From an uncultured Dehalococcoidales bacterium (GTDB lineage: Bacteria > Chloroflexota > Dehalococcoidia > GIF9 > UBA5629): a stretch of 64,000 nucleotides of DNA. The notes beneath the pieces are model-generated. The model worked only from the letters and a program-made list of their open reading frames with translations. It had not been told where the DNA came from and searched no databases. Made by a program: the position numbers and the translations under genes. Position 1 is the stretch's first letter. Every line of letters starts with the position of its first letter. The DNA lies in contig CAZAIO010000001.1 of NCBI GenBank assembly GCA_964485235.1, positions 8,657 through 72,656 of the forward strand. Reading direction: 5' to 3'. Of this stretch, positions 58,472-64,000 are shown piece after piece.

Positions 58472-60082
58472 TTGAGTTGCCAAGGAAAAGTAATGTACGA
58501 ACTGAACGATAGACCATGGTTCAAGCACTGGCCGGAAAGTGTACCAAGGCATATAGACTATCCTGAGATACCGTTATATGCCCTGCTTACGGAAACCGCA
58601 GAAAGATATCCCGATGCGATAGCGTTTAACAATAAAATTGACAGCATAACTTACGCCGAGCTTGACAAAGCAACCGATAAGCTTGCCGCTGCGCTTATCG
58701 ATAATGGTATAAAAAGAGGAGATACCGTCGTTCTTTTTCTGCCCAACAGTTTTGAATTCGTCATAGGTTACTACGGAATTTTGAAAGCCGGCGCGAGCGT
58801 TGTGCCTGTTAATCCCTTATATAAAGGAGAGGAACTAAAATTCCAGATCAACGATTCGGAAGCCTCTGCAATTATCGCTGATGCCGATTCTCTTTCTACT
58901 GTACAGGCAATCAGGAATAGCACAGGGTTAAAATTTGTGGTCATCTCCGGTATATCGAAGTCAGAAAAAGTTATCTCATTGCAGACAATTTTGGATGAAT
59001 ATGATTCTGCGCTTTTCAGCCCTGTGAAAATCGATCCGATGGAAGACATCGCCGCAATAGAATATACCGGTGGAACGACCGGTCCTCCCAAGGGCGCAAT
59101 GTTGACACACTTTAACCTGGTAGCCAACGCGATACAAAATGCCGTATGGCTCGGTTGGAGCCACCGAGACATCATTGTAGGGCTTCTGCCTTTCTATCAC
59201 AGCTGGGGCGCATGCACATGTGTCAACTCCGCCATTTATTCCGGTTCCCGTGTCATTATAATCACCAGGTTCGATGCGGAAGACCTGCTTGATACAATTC
59301 AAAGAGAGAAAGCTACCATACTTTACGGTGCCGCATCGATGTTCACCATGCTGGTAGCAAATCCCGTGCTTACACAGTATGATTTATCCAGCTTGAAATG
59401 TGTAAAAGCCGGCGCAATGCTTATTCCCGCTGAAACAAAATCTAAATGGGAGCAGATCACCGGAGTGACAATGGTTCTCGGGTATGGCCTCAGTGAGGCC
59501 AGTCCGGAGACTCATGATTCCCCGCTGGACAGGATAGTACCTGAAACAATTGGTATACCGATCATGGACACCGATGCACGCATTGTCGATGAAAAAACAG
59601 GACTGACAGATATGCCGCTCGGCAAGACCGGAGAACTTATCATTCGTGGCCCTCAGGTAATGAAAGGATATCTTAAACGTCCCGATGAAAATATAGCGGC
59701 ACTCCGTGATGGATGGTTATATACCGGCGACCTTGCTACCATGAGCGAAGATGGTTACTTCCGAATAATCGATAGAAAAAAAGAGATAATCAAATATAAA
59801 GGCTACACTATCGCACCGGGCGAAGTGGAGTCAGTACTCTACCAGCACAATGCAATAAAGGAATGTGCAGTTGTAGGCAGACCCGACCCTGCTTTCGGAG
59901 AAATACCAAAAGCATTTGTTGTATTGCTTGAAGGATACGATGCCTCTGCCGAGGAAATAATCGAATTCTGCAAACAGAGAATTTCCCCCTATAAAAGGAT
60001 TCGTGAAGTAGAATTCGTCGATGAAATCCCTAAAAGCAAGGTCGGAAAAGTATTGAGAAGGCTTCTCAGAGATCGGCATTAG
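58472..60082 (+). CDS. AMP-dependent synthetase/ligase (acyl-CoA synthetase).
   Basis: AMP-binding signature YTGGTTGPPKGA, and TGD ... K at the C-terminus. Confidence 0.85.
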   Translation: MSCQGKVMYELNDRPWFKHWPESVPRHIDYPEIPLYALLTETAERYPDAIAFNNKIDSITYAELDKATDKLAAALIDNGIKRGDTVVLFLPNSFEFVIGYYGILKAGASVVPVNPLYKGEELKFQINDSEASAIIADADSLSTVQAIRNSTGLKFVVISGISKSEKVISLQTILDEYDSALFSPVKIDPMEDIAAIEYTGGTTGPPKGAMLTHFNLVANAIQNAVWLGWSHRDIIVGLLPFYHSWGACTCVNSAIYSGSRVIIITRFDAEDLLDTIQREKATILYGAASMFTMLVANPVLTQYDLSSLKCVKAGAMLIPAETKSKWEQITGVTMVLGYGLSEASPETHDSPLDRIVPETIGIPIMDTDARIVDEKTGLTDMPLGKTGELIIRGPQVMKGYLKRPDENIAALRDGWLYTGDLATMSEDGYFRIIDRKKEIIKYKGYTIAPGEVESVLYQHNAIKECAVVGRPDPAFGEIPKAFVVLLEGYDASAEEIIEFCKQRISPYKRIREVEFVDEIPKSKVGKVLRRLLRDRH

Positions 60083-60468
60083 ATACTTTTAAGCCTGATC
60101 TTTTCAATTACACTTACAGTAGCGTTTCGATTTGTCCCTGCTTTTCTTTACATTCACTGTGTCCTTTCCGACAACATTGACCTGAAATCTCACCGTCGAT
60201 GCAGATATTTCCTGTCTCAGTCTCACAGCCTGGCCCAGCATTCCTCTATCGTTATCACAAACAATATCGACAACTATGCCTGATAAACAATATATTCCTG
60301 CTTTTCGTTTTAAAAGATGACAGGATAAACGAGACTGTAATTATTAATACTGAAATTTATAGCTATTCTGGTTCGCTCTCCGCATATGGAGAGCGACATC
60401 TATATAAGCGATGACCGGTATATATATTTTGTATCGATATACAAATCAATCGGTTCGGAGGTAAAGAG

Positions 60469-61854
60469 ATGAAAAAGTACATAATGCTGATTGTGATAGC
60501 CCTGTTATCTATTATGTTAACTACCACAGGCTGTCAGTATCTACCGGGAGACTTTACTAGACTGGTGAGGACAAATGATCCGCCGGTAGCATATATCGAT
60601 TCCATTTCACCTACACAGGCCACTTCCGGTAAGACAATAACTTTCATTGGTCACGGAACAGATACAAATGGAAACGTCGTCGCTTACAGATGGCAATCAG
60701 ATATTGACGGCGAGTTAAGCGTCAAAGATACCTTCCAAACATCGACGCTTTCCAGCGGACACCATACTATACAGTTCAAGGTACAGGACAATAATGGTGA
60801 ATGGTCTGAAGAAATTAGTGGTACCCTCATAATACAGGATGATTCATCATCACTGCCGGTTATCAGTTTTTTCACGGCAAATCCGACTAATATATTCAAA
60901 GGCAATTCCTCGAAGATCAGTTGGGAAGTATTAAATGCTTCCACAGTCACAATTCAACCGGAAATCAGTGAAGTATCGCTCACAGGCGATAAAACAATAT
61001 CGCCGGTCAATACTACAACATATACACTTGTTGCAAGTAATGAAAAGGGAAGCGTTAATACCTCAATAAAAATCACCGTCGCCTCCACATACACAGGGTT
61101 TCCGACCATCAACTCTTTTGTCGCCAGCCCTGCAATTATCGCTTCGGGTGGTATTTCAACTTTAAGCTGGAATGTATCCGATGCGACAAAAGTATCAATA
61201 AGCCCGGGAATAGGTACTGTCTCTTCATCAGGAAGCAAAGCTATAGCTCCTGTAAATACAACGAATTACACCATTACAGCATACAACTCGACCGGACAGG
61301 TCAGCTATAACATAAGCGTAGTTGTGATGTCGTTACCATTGTCCGAATACACTGTAATCATCGAGCCGGTAACTAATGAAAGTGGTTATATACAGAGCAA
61401 TGGAGATGCATGGCCGACACTGATATATGTAGGAGATACGAATGACAACCTCGCGATACAGTCTTTCCTGAGTTTCAACATATCCAGTATTCCCTCTGGA
61501 GCGATAGTCCGGAATGTGATAGTGGACTTCTCGGATTACAGCTCTGTCGAGGGTACTCCATTCAGCGACCTGGGATGTGTAAGAGCATTCGTTCATAATT
61601 ACGGTACGCTGGACAGTGGGGATTACTTTGTCGGCACCCAGCAGGAGCAGCTTTTTCAATACTGCTCTACAGGTGAAATGAGTTCATATACCAGTAGCAA
61701 GGTGAAAAGCGCCCTTCAAAGCAAAATAGGGACATCACGATTTCAGATACGCTTGCAATTTTCCGAACGTGAGACCGACGGTGAAAATGATGACGACCTG
61801 ATACACTGGTCGCCTCAAAACATGAAGCTTATCGTCACCTATACGACAGCATAA
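60469..61854 (+). CDS. Surface lipoprotein with tandem Ig-like/PKD-like domains.
   Basis: Lipobox TTGC. A repeated module of about 95 aa (LSWNVS...TTYTL.A.N..G.V...I.V). Paralogue of the next gene. Confidence 0.5.
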   Translation: MKKYIMLIVIALLSIMLTTTGCQYLPGDFTRLVRTNDPPVAYIDSISPTQATSGKTITFIGHGTDTNGNVVAYRWQSDIDGELSVKDTFQTSTLSSGHHTIQFKVQDNNGEWSEEISGTLIIQDDSSSLPVISFFTANPTNIFKGNSSKISWEVLNASTVTIQPEISEVSLTGDKTISPVNTTTYTLVASNEKGSVNTSIKITVASTYTGFPTINSFVASPAIIASGGISTLSWNVSDATKVSISPGIGTVSSSGSKAIAPVNTTNYTITAYNSTGQVSYNISVVVMSLPLSEYTVIIEPVTNESGYIQSNGDAWPTLIYVGDTNDNLAIQSFLSFNISSIPSGAIVRNVIVDFSDYSSVEGTPFSDLGCVRAFVHNYGTLDSGDYFVGTQQEQLFQYCSTGEMSSYTSSKVKSALQSKIGTSRFQIRLQFSERETDGENDDDLIHWSPQNMKLIVTYTTA

Positions 61855-62023
61855 TAAAAAACAGTTGCCAGGTTCCGATGAGAAATACGGATCACTCCTG
61901 ATAACCATATAATTAGCGTAAAAATAGTGTAAATAAACGGGCTTATAAACTGTATCAAACTGTTTTCCGTTCATTTTAATAGCAACATAAATAAAAACAT
62001 TATGTGAACGGTCCGGAAAAATA

Positions 62024-63724
62024 ATGATGAAAAAATACATGATGCAGATGACAATAATGATGTTGTCTATCATGCTGACAACCAGCGGCTGCCAGTATCT
62101 ACCGGATGAGTTCAATAATATGGTTAAAGCGAATCAGCCGCCCGTAGCTTATATCGATTCAATTTCGCCCACGGAAGCCATGTCCGGAGAAACAATAACA
62201 TTTACCGGTCACGGAACAGGTACATATGGCAATATTATTGCGTATAGTTGGCGGTCAAATATTGATGGTGAGCTAAGCGACAAAGATAGTTTTCAAGCCT
62301 CAACTCTATCAGACGGAAAACATACAATCGATTTCAGAGTACAGGACGATAACGGGGAATGGTCTGAGGAGATGAGCTGTACCCTGATAATCAAGGACAA
62401 CTCATCTTTCCTGCCGGTTATAAATTATTTCACGGCAAACCCAACAAATATAGCACGGGGTAACTCGTCGGAAATCAGCTGGGAAGTATCAAATGCCTCT
62501 TCCGTTGAAATCCAACCCGATATCGGTGAGGTCGCCCTCAACGGTATAAAAACAGTGTCACCAGCCGGTACGACCACGTATACCCTTATTGCTGTTAATG
62601 AGAAAGGAAGCGTTAATACTTCAATTAAAATCACCGAATCGTCGAAAAACGCAGAGCTTCCGACCATTAATTCGTTTTACGCAAGTCCCGCAATAATAAG
62701 ACCGGGAAGCTCTTCGGTCCTTAGCTGGAATATATCAAACGCAACGGGGGTGTCTATCAATCCTGATATAGGGACTGTCGATCTCACCGGTAGTATAACG
62801 GTCACACCAACGGACACGACAGACTATACACTCGTCGCATGTAATAAGACAGGGCAAGTTAACTACAATATCAATGTTATACTGCAATCTTTGGAAAACG
62901 GCTCTTTATTAAGCGAATTGAATCCGGAAGATACACTTACTTTCAATGAGACCACTATCGATGACGATGATAATCAGGAACAATCACAGACAAATCCAAC
63001 TACCGATGTGACACCGCCGGTTATTAAAAAATTAAACGTAACCGCCTTGAATACAAGCGCTATCATAGAATGGACAACCGACGAACCAACTGACGGACAG
63101 GTCTCATACGGCAATACAATGGTACCCGTTAACAGTCAAAAATCAACTAAAAACGACGCACTCCAGCACAGGGTTACTTTGAACGGACTAAAATCCAGGA
63201 CAACATACTACTTCCAGGTTAAAGCCGTGGATGCATCGGGAAATGAAACACTCTCAGACTGGAACAGTTTCACCACTCTTGCTTCTGTAACTACCGGTGT
63301 AGAGGTCGGCAATTTTGCGCCTGACTTTACACTCGATACAATCGCCGGCGATATTATCACGTTAAGTGCGCTGCGGGGTAAACTGGTAATGGTCACTTTC
63401 TGGACAACCTCGTGTGGTGCCTGTGTCGCAGAAATGCCCGATATTCAGGAAGTATATGATACATGGTCGGGCGAAAAAGACCTTGAAATACTCGCCGTGA
63501 ACTCTAAACAGCCTGTTGTTTATGTCCAGCGCTTTCTGGATGAAAGAGAATGGTGCACTATGCCTGTACTATTGGATACTGCAGGCACGGTAGCTCAAGA
63601 ATACCACATTACCACAATACCCAGGACATTCTTTATCGATAGCACCGGTATAATAAGGAAAGTACAGCACGGTCGTTTCCAGGATAAAGATGAAATAATT
63701 GCTATTCTCGATAAACTCAATTAA
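62024..63724 (+). CDS. Surface lipoprotein with Ig-like/PKD-like domains, an Fn3-like domain and a C-terminal TlpA/ResA-type thioredoxin domain.
   Basis: N-terminal 330 aa paralogous to the previous ORF. CxxC active site WTTSCGACVAEMP in a thiol-disulfide oxidoreductase fold. Confidence 0.55.
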   Translation: MMKKYMMQMTIMMLSIMLTTSGCQYLPDEFNNMVKANQPPVAYIDSISPTEAMSGETITFTGHGTGTYGNIIAYSWRSNIDGELSDKDSFQASTLSDGKHTIDFRVQDDNGEWSEEMSCTLIIKDNSSFLPVINYFTANPTNIARGNSSEISWEVSNASSVEIQPDIGEVALNGIKTVSPAGTTTYTLIAVNEKGSVNTSIKITESSKNAELPTINSFYASPAIIRPGSSSVLSWNISNATGVSINPDIGTVDLTGSITVTPTDTTDYTLVACNKTGQVNYNINVILQSLENGSLLSELNPEDTLTFNETTIDDDDNQEQSQTNPTTDVTPPVIKKLNVTALNTSAIIEWTTDEPTDGQVSYGNTMVPVNSQKSTKNDALQHRVTLNGLKSRTTYYFQVKAVDASGNETLSDWNSFTTLASVTTGVEVGNFAPDFTLDTIAGDIITLSALRGKLVMVTFWTTSCGACVAEMPDIQEVYDTWSGEKDLEILAVNSKQPVVYVQRFLDEREWCTMPVLLDTAGTVAQEYHITTIPRTFFIDSTGIIRKVQHGRFQDKDEIIAILDKLN

Positions 63725-63755
63725 TTTAAAGTGCAATAAACATAAAATACGATGT

Positions 63756-64000
63756 CTATCTGAGGAATTTCGTTAAGAAATTGGTTATGATCTTAAACCC
63801 GCCAACCCGCTTCACGACTGTAGAATAGTCCAGGTCGCCGCGGACCAATGAGCAGCACGCATTCCATATTCTCTCGTCCACGCGTAATATCGGGATAATC
63901 TTCGACTGCAAACGTATATACAGCTTGCGAAACATCCATGCCATATGGATCTCGGGGAGTATCTCTTTTTCAACGGTACGTTGATATTCATCGAGAGAAT
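63756..64000 (-). CDS. C-terminal part of an unidentified protein. The frame is open to the window edge.
   Basis: The minus-strand frame has no stop from 64000 down to 63756. No recognisable motif. Confidence 0.2.
   Translation of the reverse strand, partial: SLDEYQRTVEKEILPEIHMAWMFRKLYIRLQSKIIPILRVDERIWNACCSLVRGDLDYSTVVKRVGGFKIITNFLTKFLR

Noticed and set aside
60083-60468. The hairpin gctctcc-gcatat-ggagagc and the inverted repeat tttgtat-cgat-atacaaa upstream of the first Ig-like lipoprotein gene.
   Set aside because: They could be a terminator or operator, but the stems are short and lack a T-run. They are mentioned only as possible regulatory elements.
1-64000. CRISPR arrays, insertion sequences, integrases, tRNA, tmRNA or SRP RNA genes.
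   Set aside because: I found no direct-repeat/spacer periodicity, no transposase or integrase-like ORF, and no tRNA-like cloverleaf or conserved tmRNA or SRP RNA motifs in the intergenic regions on reading. None are called.

Overview
This 64 kb window looks like chromosomal DNA from a bacterium with a single cell membrane (Firmicutes- or Chloroflexi-like). The case rests on a T-box leader, a short YidC, and two syntenies typical of those lineages: ychF / rpsF-ssb-rpsR and rpmH-rnpA-yidD-yidC-jag. No dnaA is present.

Coding density is high and most genes are housekeeping or metabolic:
- A three-subunit molybdenum hydroxylase (xanthine-dehydrogenase family) flanked by an arylsulfotransferase-like gene and an MBL-fold hydrolase.
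- A PadR micro-operon.
- A compact fatty-acid elongation core: split MaoC-type dehydratase, FabL-like enoyl reductase, FabF and FabG.
- PlsY, UspA and a DmpA-family peptidase.
- A pantothenate operon (panD-panB-panC) preceded by a Rossmann-fold DUF2520 protein that may be a PanG-type ketopantoate reductase.
- Three consecutive GltD-family iron-sulfur flavoproteins, two of them forming an NfnAB-like pair.
- A T-box-controlled trpB2.
- HtrA, IleS, PEPCK(GTP), a dGTPase-like gene, the dnaG-rpoD operon and ffh.
- An SbcC/Rad50-like ATPase with no adjacent SbcD.
- UvrA and an AI-2E transporter.
- A steroid-like lipid-modifying trio: a 17β-HSD-like SDR, a 3β-HSD/epimerase-like protein and an SRD5A-like membrane reductase.
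- A MocA-like nucleotidyltransferase and an acyl-CoA ligase.
- Two tandem paralogous Ig-like surface lipoproteins, one fused to a TlpA-type thioredoxin domain.

I found no CRISPR array, no transposase or integrase, and no tRNA or rRNA gene. Nothing here is a recognisable mobile or defence island. The most unusual items are:
- The fatty-acid elongation operon that uses a split HadAB-like dehydratase.
- The T-box plus upstream-ORF architecture in front of trpB2.
- The orphan SbcC.
- The steroid-reductase-like trio.
- A structured leader ending in a terminator that abuts the dmpA start.
- A PQQ β-propeller lipoprotein inserted inside the otherwise conserved rnpA-yidC cluster.

Every functional call is from reading motifs by eye. 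No searches were run.
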